64,000 nucleotides of DNA from Myxococcales bacterium (GCA_013215565.1 JABSQV010000029.1:29219-93218), one strand, 5' to 3'. Shown: positions 1 to 9,693, counted from the stretch's first letter. Numbers and translations are program-made. The notes: generated by a model not told the origin, from the sequence alone.

Positions 1-628
1 TGTCGATGTGGCCGTCGAGGACCGCGAAGCGCCCGTTCTCGAGCCGGACCAGGGGGTTGATCTCGGCCAAGGTAAGATCGTAGGCGAGAAAGATCTCGAC
101 CAGGGTCGAGACGATCGGGGTCAGTCGGTTCAGTGCGCTCCCGCTGACGCCGGTGGCGCCGATCGCTTCCTTGGCGAGGCGCGGCGTAAACGGGAGGATG
201 GTGGAGACGTGGGTCTGGCTCATGTGATCCGGGTACTTCTCCGCAACCTGTTCGATGTCGATCCCGCCCATGTCGCTGAAGACCAGGACCGGGAGCTTGC
301 GGCGTCCGTCCCAGGTCACTGCCACGTAGTACTCCTGCGAGATGGGACTCTTCTCTTCGACGAGGACCGAGCGCGCGGTCTGCCCGTTGACCACGATCGG
401 CATGATCTCGTCGAAGAGCGCGGCGGCCTCGTCGGGCGTGTCGGCGAACTTCACGGCGCCCGCCTTCATGCGGCCGCCCGAGAGCACCTGGCTCTTGAGG
501 ACCACCGGGGCTCCGATCTCGCGAGCGCGGGCGCGGGCTTCGTCGCGCGAGGTCGCGATGCCGCGCTTCCCGAGCGGCAGCCCGTGGCGCGCGAACAGTT
601 CCTTGGATTCGTATTCGTAGAAGCGCAT
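1..628 (-). CDS. Succinate--CoA ligase beta-subunit-like ATP-grasp protein (5' part; runs off the window)
   Basis: Not in the ORF track (no stop in window). Manual translation from ATG 628: MRFYEYESKELFARHGLPLG...PVVLKSQVLSGGRMKAGAVKFA...VLVEEK..EYYVAVTWD..DMGGIDIE...LAEINPL, typical SucC/ATP-grasp motifs. Could be a SucC paralogue. Confidence 0.85.
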   Translation of the reverse strand, partial: MRFYEYESKELFARHGLPLGKRGIATSRDEARARAREIGAPVVLKSQVLSGGRMKAGAVKFADTPDEAAALFDEIMPIVVNGQTARSVLVEEKSPISQEYYVAVTWDGRRKLPVLVFSDMGGIDIEQVAEKYPDHMSQTHVSTILPFTPRLAKEAIGATGVSGSALNRLTPIVSTLVEIFLAYDLTLAEINPLVRLENGRFAVLDGHID

Positions 629-760
629 CGGGCTCTTTCTGACGAAGCGTTGCGACCCCTGTCCCCTGCGGACGGGGCCGGGCCGGGCGGGATTATTGCA
701 CAGGCGCGGCTTCCCGGACTACGTGGGCCCGGGGGTGCTTGCGGCTTCCCTCCCGCGCTT

Positions 761-1255
761 CTACGACTCGCGTCCGCGGCGAAGGGCGATCTCCGAGACC
801 TTCGGGTTGCCGCGGCTCCAGGTCAGCGTGAGCGTGACCTTCCGGAGCTTCCAACCCGCGGGCGTTCGGACCAACTCGTTGGTGTAGTAGCCGCCGATCG
901 TCCAGCGATCGCGCTCGCCGTCGCCCACGAAGTGTTCGGCCTGCATGTTCGAAACACAGCTGGCCTGGTCCCCGCGAATGTCGTGAACGTGGTTCGAACT
1001 GGTGTGCTGCGTCGCCGTGAAGCCCGCAAACAGTTCCCGGGCGCGCTTCACCCAGTCATCGGCCCGGCGAATCCCCGCGCGGATTCCGACGGACTCGAAG
1101 TCGAGCTCGATCTCGTCGGTGAAAATCGAGCGGTAGAGTTCCCAGTCCTGGCGATCGAGCCCGGTCGCGTAGCGGTGGAGCACATCGCTGATCTCGGCGC
1201 GGTCCAGCAGTTCCCGGAGACCTGGATCCACGACGGGGGCGTCTGCGTCAGTCAC
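761..1255 (-). CDS. SnoaL-like / NTF2-family protein
   Basis: LRELLDRAEISDVLHRYATGLDRQDW...TQHTSSNH...GGYYTNELVRTPAGWKL is a SnoaL_4 pattern. GTG start at 1255 overlaps the upstream stop. Confidence 0.85.
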   Translation of the reverse strand: MTDADAPVVDPGLRELLDRAEISDVLHRYATGLDRQDWELYRSIFTDEIELDFESVGIRAGIRRADDWVKRARELFAGFTATQHTSSNHVHDIRGDQASCVSNMQAEHFVGDGERDRWTIGGYYTNELVRTPAGWKLRKVTLTLTWSRGNPKVSEIALRRGRES

Positions 1256-2141
1256 TCCGGGCTCTGCCTTCGCTCCGGGCTCGCTGCTGCTCTGCCCGGC
1301 GACGCTCGCCGGCTCGGCGCAGCCTGTCCGCCTGCTCGGGATCGACGCGCGCGTAGCGCTCCTTCCAGGAGGCATCATCGCTCCAGCGCGCCGGGTTCTG
1401 GACGGTCGTTCGAGGCAGGGTTGCGGTCTCGAACAAGTCGAGCGCGAAGCCCAGGCTGCGGCGCTGCATCTCGACGCCCCAGGGTCGCCCGAGGGGATTG
1501 CCGAGCGGGAAGTCGCTGAACAGGAAGCGCGGTACCCCGCACTCCTCGACGATGTCGCGCGCGGAACCCGCGATCACGGTCGGAATCCCGTGGGCCTCGA
1601 GGTGGCGTGCGACCAGACTCACGGTCTGGTGGCAGACCGGTCAGAGCGGAACCAGCAGCGCCAGATCGGCCGCGTCCTCGCGGCAGCGCCTGAGAATCTC
1701 GGGTGCATCGAGATCGGTCGTCCGGCGCTGGCTGTAGTCGGTCGGAACGCCGTGAAAGCGCCCGGCCAGGCCGCCGATCCGGCCGGCGATCGCGCACTCG
1801 CGCAGGTGGGAGAGCGGGAGGAAGGAGGCCACGTCGTCGGTGTGGGTCGCTTGCTTATCCCAGGCCAGGTCGTCGGTGTAGAGCCGGTCGGGGAGTTCCG
1901 AACTCGCGCCGGACCAGACCTTCTTGCTCCCCCGAAGCGAGCCGGGATCGTGTCCCGCTTCGTGCCAGGGGCTGGCGGTGGTGATCAGCGACAGGCGCGA
2001 ATCCGCGAGCGGTTTCTGGAGCCGCGCGAACGGAACCTCTTCGAAGTGGGCCCACTGGTAGGGGCGCTCGTAGCCCTGGGCGCGGTAGAACTCGCGCGTC
2101 CGGTCGATGTAACTCACGAAGGTGCGGTGCGACGTGGTCAA
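1248..2141 (-). CDS. Glycine/sarcosine/betaine reductase selenoprotein B-like protein (Sec at UGA 1641-1643, UxxC motif)
   Basis: ORFs 1641..2141 and 1248..1622 share a frame. Read-through gives LALLVPL-U-PVCHQTVSLVARHLEAHGIPTV...PRFLFSDFPLGNPLG (GrdB-like). GGAGG RBS before the TTG start; hairpin just 3' of the UGA. Confidence 0.85.
1608..1634 (-). promoter_or_regulatory. Bacterial SECIS-like hairpin
   Basis: On the minus strand after UGA: TGC-C-ACCAGAC-(CGTGA loop)-GTCTGGT-C-GCA. The apical loop starts 17 nt after the UGA and contains G, matching bacterial SECIS geometry. Confidence 0.7.
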
Positions 2142-2234
2142 CGCCTGCCCTCCAGTTCTCCTCGAAGTTCGCCGCGAGGATACCGCGTTTCCGAAGTGGA
2201 ATCTGCCTCCCGTCAGGTACGATTCCCGAGCGGC

Positions 2235-2900
2235 TCAAGCCAGGAGCAGCTGCTCTGTCGCGATCACGAAGCGGATCCGGTCGGGCTCCAGGAAGTGGGC
2301 TTCGTCCGCCCGCGTGCGCGCGTAGGCCTCGGAAGGCTCGGAGGCTCGCAGCGCGTCGGTATCTTCGAACCACGCGATCGGAATCCCGTCGTAGAGCGGC
2401 GCTCCGAACCGCGCGTCGTCCCGGGCGTGGTATTGCAGATAACGCCGCATTCCGGGGATCCCGGCCGCGATCGGTCCGTGGCGATCGTGCCAGTGGCTGC
2501 TGAAGCGCTCGCGCGAGAGGTCGTGCCGCCGGGTCAGGAACGAGATCAGCTTCACCCCGTCGGCGGGTGCGGGGCCGTCGACGATGGTGTGCGGCTCGAC
2601 GCGCAGGATGCGGACGCCTTCGGGCGCAAGCAGTTCGGCCTGGTCCGCCTGTGCGGCCGCCATCTCGGAGGACGCGCCGGCGCGCTCGAAGTCCTCCGCA
2701 TCGTCGAAGCAGAGTTCCGCCACACCGTCGTAGATCGGGCTGCGCGCGCGGTAGCCCGAGAGCAGCGTGTGGTTTTGGACGTAGCGGCGAAGTCCCGGGA
2801 TCTTGCACGCGAGTTCCGCGTGCCGCCCGCGCCAGTGCTCCTGAAAGGCTTCCGGCGAAAGCCCATCACGCCGCTTGAGCACCGCCAGGATCTGGAACAT
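2235..2900 (-). CDS. EthD-family protein (two tandem EthD domains)
   Basis: Two copies of (K/T)RRxxLSxExFxxHWxxRH...IPG(L/M)RRY.Q.H...YDG(V/I). Confidence 0.85.
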   Translation of the reverse strand: MFQILAVLKRRDGLSPEAFQEHWRGRHAELACKIPGLRRYVQNHTLLSGYRARSPIYDGVAELCFDDAEDFERAGASSEMAAAQADQAELLAPEGVRILRVEPHTIVDGPAPADGVKLISFLTRRHDLSRERFSSHWHDRHGPIAAGIPGMRRYLQYHARDDARFGAPLYDGIPIAWFEDTDALRASEPSEAYARTRADEAHFLEPDRIRFVIATEQLLLA

Positions 2901-2930
2901 CGCTTCCCCCTTTGGAAACCGGCTCCCGAA

Positions 2931-3635
2931 TCAGCCGGATGCCGTGTCGTCTTCGACCCGTCCATCGACGATTCGAATCACGCGCCGTGCGCGTTCCATC
3001 ACGCGCGGGTCGTGCGTCGAGAACAGGAAGGTCTCGCCGCGCTCGCGATTGAGCTTCTCCATGATCTCGAGCAGCCGGTCCGCGGTCTCGGAGTCGACGT
3101 TCGCGGTCGGCTCGTCGGCGAGCACGACTGCCGGGTTCGAGGCGATCGCGCGCGCGATTGCGACCCGCTGCTGCTGCCCGCCCGAGAGCTGGTCGGGCCG
3201 GCGGTCCTGGAGGCCCTCGAGCCCGACGTCCGCGAGCACTCCGAGAACGCGTTCCCGCCGTTCGCGCTCCTCGACCCCCTGGAGCCGGAGCACGATCTCG
3301 GCGTTCTCGTAGGCCGAGAGCACCGGTATCAGGTTGTAGGCCTGGAACACGAAGCCGATGCGATCGCGCCGGAGCCGGCTCAGCGCGCGCCGGCCGAGCG
3401 AGCCCAGTTCCTGACCTCCGAGCGCGATGCTTCCCGAACTGGGCGCATCCAGCGCCCCGATCAGGTTCAGCAGCGTGGTCTTGCCTGACCCCGAGGGTCC
3501 GCAGATCGCGGTGAACTCTCCGGGCCGAATCGTGAGCGAGAGTCCGCGCAGCGCCGCGACCTCGAGCGTTCCCTGCTGGTAGAGCTTGGTTGCGTCCCGG
3601 ACCTCGACACTGGGGCTTCCGTTGGTCTGCGTCAT
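2931..3635 (-). CDS. ABC transporter ATP-binding protein (LolD/MacB-like)
   Basis: Walker A GPSGSGKTT, signature LSGGQQQRVAIARA, Walker B LADEPT, H-loop STHD. Start MTQTNG at 3635. Confidence 0.92.
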   Translation of the reverse strand: MTQTNGSPSVEVRDATKLYQQGTLEVAALRGLSLTIRPGEFTAICGPSGSGKTTLLNLIGALDAPSSGSIALGGQELGSLGRRALSRLRRDRIGFVFQAYNLIPVLSAYENAEIVLRLQGVEERERRERVLGVLADVGLEGLQDRRPDQLSGGQQQRVAIARAIASNPAVVLADEPTANVDSETADRLLEIMEKLNRERGETFLFSTHDPRVMERARRVIRIVDGRVEDDTASG

Positions 3636-3645
3636 CGGCGTTTCC

Positions 3646-4911
3646 TCATACCAGCCGGATCGTCTCGACCGGCTCGACACGTCCCGCCCGCCAGGCGGGA
3701 TAAAGCCCCGACAGCAGCGTGGCCGCGACCACTGCGAGCGCGATGTAGAGCAGATTCTCGGGATAAATGCTGGCGCGCATGATCGAGGTGATCGCGATCC
3801 CGGCGACCTCGGCCGTGCCCCCGCCGGCAATCACCTCGGAGATGTCGATCCCGGTGGTCGCCATGTAGTAGTAGGGGCCGGCTGTGAGTGCGGCCGCGGC
3901 GACCAGCCCGACCAGCGCGAGCCAGAGGCTTTCGAGCATGACGAGCGCAAACAGCCGCGCCGGACTGAAGCCGATCGCGAGCAGGATGCCGAACTCGCGC
4001 AGGCGCTCCATCACGCTCATGAACAGCGTGTTGAAGATTCCGGCCGCGACCAGGATGGCCATCACGATCTCCATGAAGTAGGCCCCGGCGACCTTCATGG
4101 TGATGAAGGCCGCGAGATCGGGCTGGGTCTCGTACCACGGGAGCGCGGAGATCTGTTGGCCGAGCGTAGCGCCCACCCGGGCCGCGACCCCCTCGGCCTG
4201 GCGCTGGTCCGGAAGGAAGAGCCCCACCTGAACCACCTCGTCGGGCGCGAAGCCGATCGTGCCGCGCATCCGATCGAGCGGGAGCAGCGCGATCCCGGCG
4301 TCGACGCTCGGGGATCCCGTGCGCACGATTCCGGTGAGCCGCGCTGCCTCCCGGACGATCTCGCCGTGCTTATCGGTGAGCGTATACACGACCTTGCGGC
4401 CCAGCTTGAGGTCCAGGTTTTCGGCCAGCTTCTTGCCCAGCACAATGCCCGGACTGTCCGCTCGCTCGAACATCTTTCCCTCGCTCAGCGCTTCGAGCAG
4501 CGACAGCGTCGATGCGTCCTCGGTCTCGGGATCGAGCGCGACGAAGCCGGCGCCGTAGCTCTGCCCCGCGGTCGAAAGCATCAGGAAGCCCGTGATCCTG
4601 CCGACCACGCGCTCGACCTCGGGATCCCTCAGGGCTGCCTGGCGCAGGCGCTCGGTCCCGGTCACGCTCCTCGAGAGCGTGGGGGTGTCGAGGTATTCCG
4701 AATGCTGCACGGTGACGTGGCCGCCCCCGAGCCGCGCCGCGAGATCGATCATCTCGCGCCAGTTGGCATCCCCGATGCCGGTCAGCATCACAGCCAGCAT
4801 GCTCCCGAACGCGATCGACGAGAGCGTGAGCAGGGTCCGGCGGCGGTTCCGCCAGACGTTCCTCCACGCCATCGAGGCGAGCTTTGGCCCGCCGAATCCC
4901 GGGCCGCTCAT
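3646..4911 (-). CDS. ABC transporter permease (LolE/FtsX-like)
   Basis: AWRNVWRNRRRTLLT, large periplasmic loop, MSVMERLREFGILLAIG, YPAWRAGRVEPVE. Start overlaps the upstream stop. Confidence 0.9.
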   Translation of the reverse strand: MSGPGFGGPKLASMAWRNVWRNRRRTLLTLSSIAFGSMLAVMLTGIGDANWREMIDLAARLGGGHVTVQHSEYLDTPTLSRSVTGTERLRQAALRDPEVERVVGRITGFLMLSTAGQSYGAGFVALDPETEDASTLSLLEALSEGKMFERADSPGIVLGKKLAENLDLKLGRKVVYTLTDKHGEIVREAARLTGIVRTGSPSVDAGIALLPLDRMRGTIGFAPDEVVQVGLFLPDQRQAEGVAARVGATLGQQISALPWYETQPDLAAFITMKVAGAYFMEIVMAILVAAGIFNTLFMSVMERLREFGILLAIGFSPARLFALVMLESLWLALVGLVAAAALTAGPYYYMATTGIDISEVIAGGGTAEVAGIAITSIMRASIYPENLLYIALAVVAATLLSGLYPAWRAGRVEPVETIRLV

Positions 4912-6122
4912 TGGTGCCGCATCGCTTCGACCGGCCGGATCAGCGCCGCCTTGAAGGCCGGGAAGAGCACCGCGACCGCTACGATCAACACCAGCAGTCC
5001 CACCGGGCCCGTGAAGGTCTCGGGACTCACGACGCCGCGCCAGATCGGGTTCATCGCAACGCCCATGACGGTTACCCCCGCGAGGCTCGCGATGTTGAAG
5101 CCCTCGGTCGAAAAGTAGTAGAGCGCCGGGAGGCTGAGAGCCAGGCCGCACGCAATCGCGATCCCCGCCTGGATTGCACTCTCGAGTAGAATCAGGACCA
5201 GCACCTCGAGCGGGCTCGCGCCCAGCGCCTTGAGCACCCCGAACTCTCGGACGCGCTCGAACACGGCCATCAGCATCGCGTTCAGGATCAGGATCGCGAT
5301 TGCGATGTAGACGATCAAAAAGATGGCCAGGATCGCGGCGCGCGCCGATTCCAGCATCGAAGCCAGGGTGGGCATCAACTGCTTCCAGGTCCGGACGTCG
5401 AGTGTACTTGCCACGCCGCTCACCTTTAGGGCCGCGGCCGGAAGCGACAGGCCCACCGGACGTCGCACGATGATCTGGTGTGCGCCGGCCGGGACCACCA
5501 TCAGCTCGCGAAAACTCTCCTCGGTCATGAACACGCCGGTGCGATCGACCGCGGCGCTCATGCTTCGCAGCGTGCCTCGCACCTCGTAGAGGTCGTAGGC
5601 CATGCTCCCGTCCGCGCCCTGGCTGAGGACGAGAAGTTCGTCTCCGACTTTGACCGCGAGCGTCCGGGCCAGGCGTTTCCCGAGCACGACGCCGCGCGGA
5701 TCGGCGGGATCGAGCCAGCGGCCCTCGGCGATCTCCTCGTGAATGCGGCTCACGCGCGCGTCGCGTTCAATGTCGATCCCGCGAAACGAGGCCCCGGCCG
5801 ATGCTTCGTCGGCCGCCGCCAACCCGAAGCCGAGCAGGCGCGCGCTTGCGGGAAAGCCCGCCTGCGCGAGCGGCTCGAGCAGCGCCTCGGGATCCTCGAT
5901 CCGCGTGTAGAGCGAGGGATTCTCGCGGTAATCGCCCGCGAAGATCTGAATGTCGCCGACCTCGAGGTCGACGATGTTCCGCTCCATGTCGCGCAGGTAG
6001 CCCTGGAGCAGGCTCGAGTAGAGGATCATCACGAAGAGTGCGAAGGTCATGGCCGCGATCGTGACGAGCGTCCGGCGCCGGTTCCGCCAGACGTTCCGCC
6101 AGGCCAGCTTGAACACGTCCAT
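4908..6122 (-). CDS. ABC transporter permease (LolC/FtsX-like)
   Basis: LAWRNVWRNRRRTLVT...MAVFERVREFGVLKALG...PAFKAALIRPVEAMR. Confidence 0.9.
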   Translation of the reverse strand: MDVFKLAWRNVWRNRRRTLVTIAAMTFALFVMILYSSLLQGYLRDMERNIVDLEVGDIQIFAGDYRENPSLYTRIEDPEALLEPLAQAGFPASARLLGFGLAAADEASAGASFRGIDIERDARVSRIHEEIAEGRWLDPADPRGVVLGKRLARTLAVKVGDELLVLSQGADGSMAYDLYEVRGTLRSMSAAVDRTGVFMTEESFRELMVVPAGAHQIIVRRPVGLSLPAAALKVSGVASTLDVRTWKQLMPTLASMLESARAAILAIFLIVYIAIAILILNAMLMAVFERVREFGVLKALGASPLEVLVLILLESAIQAGIAIACGLALSLPALYYFSTEGFNIASLAGVTVMGVAMNPIWRGVVSPETFTGPVGLLVLIVAVAVLFPAFKAALIRPVEAMRHQ

Positions 6123-6230
6123 CCGAGCTTTCCTCTTCCATCGCACCGAACGCTGAATCCGAGCCGCATCCTATCTCAATGGGCCGCGCGCGCGTGCCGG
6201 TCGCTGGGCGAGTCCGAGCTGAGGAGCAGG

Positions 6231-6815
6231 ATGGGGTATTCTGGAATCCTGGTGAGACACGAGATCGGTCGCGCATTCGGAGCCGGTTCCCGTCCGCTCC
6301 CGGCGAGCGGGCTGGTACGGGGCGCGCTCGCCGCGCTGCTCGGCCTGTTCTTGCTCGGAGCCGACGCGCAGCTTGAACGCTTCCCTGCTCGACTGATCGA
6401 CATCGACGGGAGCCCGATCGACGTGTCCGCGCTCGCGAGCGAGCGACGCCTGATCGTGGTCACGCTCAAGGCCCCCTGGTGTCCCGTGTGTGCGCGTCAA
6501 CTCGCGCGTCTCGAAGGGCTGAGTGCGGCGCTCGAGAACTGTGGCGCGACCTTTCTGGTCCTCTCACCGGGGCCGGCCGATCGCATCCGCGCCGTGCGCG
6601 AGGCGACCGGCTTCCAGGCGCGCTACGTAGAGGATCGCGACCTCGCGATTGCGCGTTCGCTCGGGCTCGAGCTCGCGCCGGACCAGATCGTACCGTCTCT
6701 GCTCGCGATCGATTCCGAGCGCGCCATCATCTGGCAGCAGCGAGGTCGAAGCGGAGTTTCCTACGGAGACGGAAGGCTCCAGCGTTACCTCGGCTGTGAG
6801 ACCGCCCGCACCTAG
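6231..6815 (+). CDS. Exported redoxin / AhpC-TSA thioredoxin-fold protein
   Basis: GAGGAG RBS before ATG 6231; hydrophobic N-terminal segment; KAPWCPVC CxxC motif. C-terminal part of ORF 5478..6815. Confidence 0.7.
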   Translation: MGYSGILVRHEIGRAFGAGSRPLPASGLVRGALAALLGLFLLGADAQLERFPARLIDIDGSPIDVSALASERRLIVVTLKAPWCPVCARQLARLEGLSAALENCGATFLVLSPGPADRIRAVREATGFQARYVEDRDLAIARSLGLELAPDQIVPSLLAIDSERAIIWQQRGRSGVSYGDGRLQRYLGCETART

Positions 6816-6851
6816 GGCCTGGCAGCGGCCCGATCCCGAAGGACTCCGAGA

Positions 6852-7394
6852 CTACAGGCGGTGCAACTGCGAGAGCGGCGGGCTGCCGAAGTAGATGTCT
6901 TCTCCGACGAGCCGGCCGTCCGCTCCCGCGGGCCAGAGCGTGAGGATCTGCATTTCCGACAGGTAGTTCGCGGCCGGGTCCACGGCTTCGCTCTCGACCG
7001 TTTCGATCTGCGAGGCGACGAGTGCGCTGCCGGGCACGACCTGTCGAAGCTGTCCTTCTGTGACGACGGCTCCCTCGTCAACCACGACGCGGTGCATTTC
7101 AAACTCGAAGCGGTTCCCGCCGCTGGCCAACATCTGCTTGTAGAAGGCTTCGACGGCCGCGCGTCCCTTCGGTCCCGCGTCCGGGCCCATCCCGAAGAAG
7201 TGGTACTGCGGTTCGTCGATGAGCGTCGCCATCAGGCTCTCGAGGTCGCCGAGGATCTCGCTGCGCACGTGGTCACGGACCCACTCGAGCAGTTGCCGCC
7301 GGCGCGGATCGCTCTCCTGCTCGAGGCGTGCCTCGAGGACGCGCCAGGATCGCTCCGGATCGAAGTCCCTCGGGCTCGACTCAGGCTGGCTCAC
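6852..7394 (-). CDS. SnoaL-like / NTF2-family protein
   Basis: HVRSEILGDLESLMATL..EPQY...GRAAVEAFY...GRLVGEDIYF; last gene of the acyl-CoA dehydrogenase operon. Confidence 0.75.
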   Translation of the reverse strand: MSQPESSPRDFDPERSWRVLEARLEQESDPRRRQLLEWVRDHVRSEILGDLESLMATLIDEPQYHFFGMGPDAGPKGRAAVEAFYKQMLASGGNRFEFEMHRVVVDEGAVVTEGQLRQVVPGSALVASQIETVESEAVDPAANYLSEMQILTLWPAGADGRLVGEDIYFGSPPLSQLHRL

Positions 7395-7407
7395 CGAAAC
7401 TTTTCCC

Positions 7408-8535
7408 TCAGTCCTTCGGCAGGCCGAGGATGCGCTCCCCGATGATGTTGCGCTGGATGTTGGGCGTCCCGCCTCCGATCACGGTCCCGTGAAAGCTGAG
7501 GGCCGCGTTCTGCCAGGGACCTTCGAGTTGACTCGCGCTTCCCAGGACCTCGAGCGAGAGTTCGGCCATGCGGATTTCGAGGGCGCCGCGCAACAGCTTG
7601 TTGATGGAGGTTTCGCTCGAGGGCGGATCGCCCTTGAGTTGCCGGCTGAGGTTGCGCATACCGTTCAGGCGCATGGCCTCGATTCGGGTGTCGAACGCGG
7701 CCAGTTCGCGGCGCACGCTCGTGTCCTCGAGCGCGGGCCGCCCGGCCTTCCGGGAATTCCGGGCGAGTTCGATCAGCGAGTCGAGTTTGCGTGTCATCTC
7801 GGTGGATTCCGAGATTCCCGAGCGTTCGTTGGCGAGCGCTCCCATCACGACGCGCCAGCCCTCGCCTTCCTTTCCGAGCCGATTCTCGACCGGTACCCGC
7901 ACGTCGGTGAAGAAGACCTCGTTGAACCCAGGCCGGCCCGAGAGGTTGTCGATCGGGTGGATCTCGATTCCCGGAGTGTCCATGGGGATCAACAGACACG
8001 TGATCCCGCCGTAGCGCGAACTCGATTCCGTACGAACCAGGTTGAAGATCCACTTCGCCTGCTTTGCGGCCGAGGTCCAGATCTTCTGTCCGTTGACCAC
8101 GTACTCGTCTCCATCCCGGACCGCGCGCGTCTTGAGCGAGGCCAGATCGCTGCCGGAGTCCGGCTCCGAGTAGCCCGTGCACCAGAGCGAGCTGCTGTCG
8201 AGGATGTCGGACAGGAAGCGCTTCTTCTGCGCTTCGCTCCCGTGCCGAATCAGCGCGGGCCCGACCCATGCGAGCCCCATGAAGTCGCTGCCGAGCGGCG
8301 GGGCTCTGCGCAGCGACATCTCCTCCTTGAGGATGTACTGCTCGATCAGGCTACCCCCGCCGCCGCCTTCTTCCTTCGGCCAGGCGAAGCCGACCCAACG
8401 CTTCGCACGCAGCTTTGCGTTCCACTCCCGCAGGAACTCGGGCGTCGTCGGAACTGGATCGGGCAGGTTCTCTTCCAGAAAACCTCGCACCTCCTGGCGG
8501 AATGCTTCTTCTTCGGTCGAAAAACTGAAATCCAT
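7408..8535 (-). CDS. Acyl-CoA dehydrogenase (FadE29/FadE26-like catalytic subunit)
   Basis: MDFSFSTEEEAFRQEVR...WCTGYSEPDSGSDLASLKTRA...NGQKIWTS...FNEVFFTDV...LANER...GGGTPNIQRNIIGERILGLP. Start at 8535 within ORF 7408..9594. Confidence 0.92.
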   Translation of the reverse strand: MDFSFSTEEEAFRQEVRGFLEENLPDPVPTTPEFLREWNAKLRAKRWVGFAWPKEEGGGGGSLIEQYILKEEMSLRRAPPLGSDFMGLAWVGPALIRHGSEAQKKRFLSDILDSSSLWCTGYSEPDSGSDLASLKTRAVRDGDEYVVNGQKIWTSAAKQAKWIFNLVRTESSSRYGGITCLLIPMDTPGIEIHPIDNLSGRPGFNEVFFTDVRVPVENRLGKEGEGWRVVMGALANERSGISESTEMTRKLDSLIELARNSRKAGRPALEDTSVRRELAAFDTRIEAMRLNGMRNLSRQLKGDPPSSETSINKLLRGALEIRMAELSLEVLGSASQLEGPWQNAALSFHGTVIGGGTPNIQRNIIGERILGLPKD

Positions 8536-9662
8536 CAGAGGCCCCTCGCTCGTGCGACGCGGTCGTAGTGGTAGTCGGCGTCGCCGTACATCGAGCGCGC
8601 CCATTTCGAGCGCTTGAGATAGAGCTGAATGTCGTACTCGAGCGTGTAACCCACGCCGCCGTGGAGCTGAATGCCGTCGATTCCGATCCGGGTGAAGGCA
8701 TCGGCCGCGTAGGCCTTGGCCCGCGAGATCGCGGCTGGAGCGACTTCGGGGTCTTCGTCGATCGCCCAGGCTGCGTAGTAGAGCAGCGACTTGAGCGACT
8801 CGACCTCGACGTACATTTCGGCCAGTGGGTGCTTGACGCCCTGGAAGTGTCCGATCGGATGACCGAACTGCTCGCGCTGCTTCGCGAACTCCACCGTGAT
8901 CCGGAGCGCAGCCTCGGCGGCGCCGATGACTTCGGCGCAGAGGGCCAGCGCACCGCGATCGAGCACTCGCGAGAGGCCGAGAGAGGCCCCCGCGGGCGGA
9001 CCCAGCAGCGCGTCGGGGCCGACCGGGACTTCGTCGAGCTGCAGCGTGCCTGTGCGCTTGGTCCGGTCGATCGAGGGCAGCGGCCGGCCCGAGGCCCCGT
9101 CTGCATCCCGCTCCACAACCGCGATCGCAATCGCGTCCTCCGGGTCTCCGACCCGGAACGGCACCAGCCACAGGTCGGCCTGCTCCACGTCGGCCACCAG
9201 GCGCTTCTCTCCCGAGAGCAGGAACGCGTCGCCTCTGGGTCGGCCGCGGAGCTGGATGCCCGCGGGTCCCAACACGTCGTTGTCCTCGAGGAATGCGATC
9301 GTACCGATCCGCGAGCCGTCCGCGAGTCCGGGGAGCCAGCGACCCTTCTGGTCCTCGCTTCCGAGATCCGCGATGGCCGATCCCGCGAGTGTGGTCGAAA
9401 TCAGGGGCGACGGAAACAGGCTCCGGCCGGTCTCCTCCAGCAGCACCACCGCGTCTACCCAGGTCAGTTCCGCACCGCCGTAAGCCTCGGGCAGCATCAG
9501 GCCGAGCCAACCGAGCTCGGCGAGCTGCTTCCATTGCTCGCGCGAGTACCCGTCGGAACTCTGCGCGAGCCGCCGGACTTCCTCCATCGGGCACTGCTCG
9601 TCCAGAAACTTCCGGATCTCGCGACGCAGCAGCTCCTGCTCTTCTTCGAATCCGAAGTTCAT
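8535..9662 (-). CDS. Acyl-CoA dehydrogenase (FadE28/FadE27-like partner subunit)
   Basis: MNFGFEEEQELLR...FAKQREQFGHPIGHFQGVKH...IQLHGGVGYT. Lacks the SEPxxGSD motif, as partner subunits of heteromeric ACADs do. Confidence 0.9.
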   Translation of the reverse strand: MNFGFEEEQELLRREIRKFLDEQCPMEEVRRLAQSSDGYSREQWKQLAELGWLGLMLPEAYGGAELTWVDAVVLLEETGRSLFPSPLISTTLAGSAIADLGSEDQKGRWLPGLADGSRIGTIAFLEDNDVLGPAGIQLRGRPRGDAFLLSGEKRLVADVEQADLWLVPFRVGDPEDAIAIAVVERDADGASGRPLPSIDRTKRTGTLQLDEVPVGPDALLGPPAGASLGLSRVLDRGALALCAEVIGAAEAALRITVEFAKQREQFGHPIGHFQGVKHPLAEMYVEVESLKSLLYYAAWAIDEDPEVAPAAISRAKAYAADAFTRIGIDGIQLHGGVGYTLEYDIQLYLKRSKWARSMYGDADYHYDRVARARGL

Positions 9663-9693
9663 TCGCGGCTTCTCCCCGGCGCCATCCTACAAG

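Noticed and set aside
8-1519. 503-aa plus-strand ORF
   Set aside because: Antisense shadow of the SucC-like, SnoaL and selenoprotein genes; no protein motifs.
1248-2141. Pseudogene or two separate genes
   Set aside because: The stop is UGA at a UxxC position with a SECIS-like hairpin; selenocysteine read-through explains it better.
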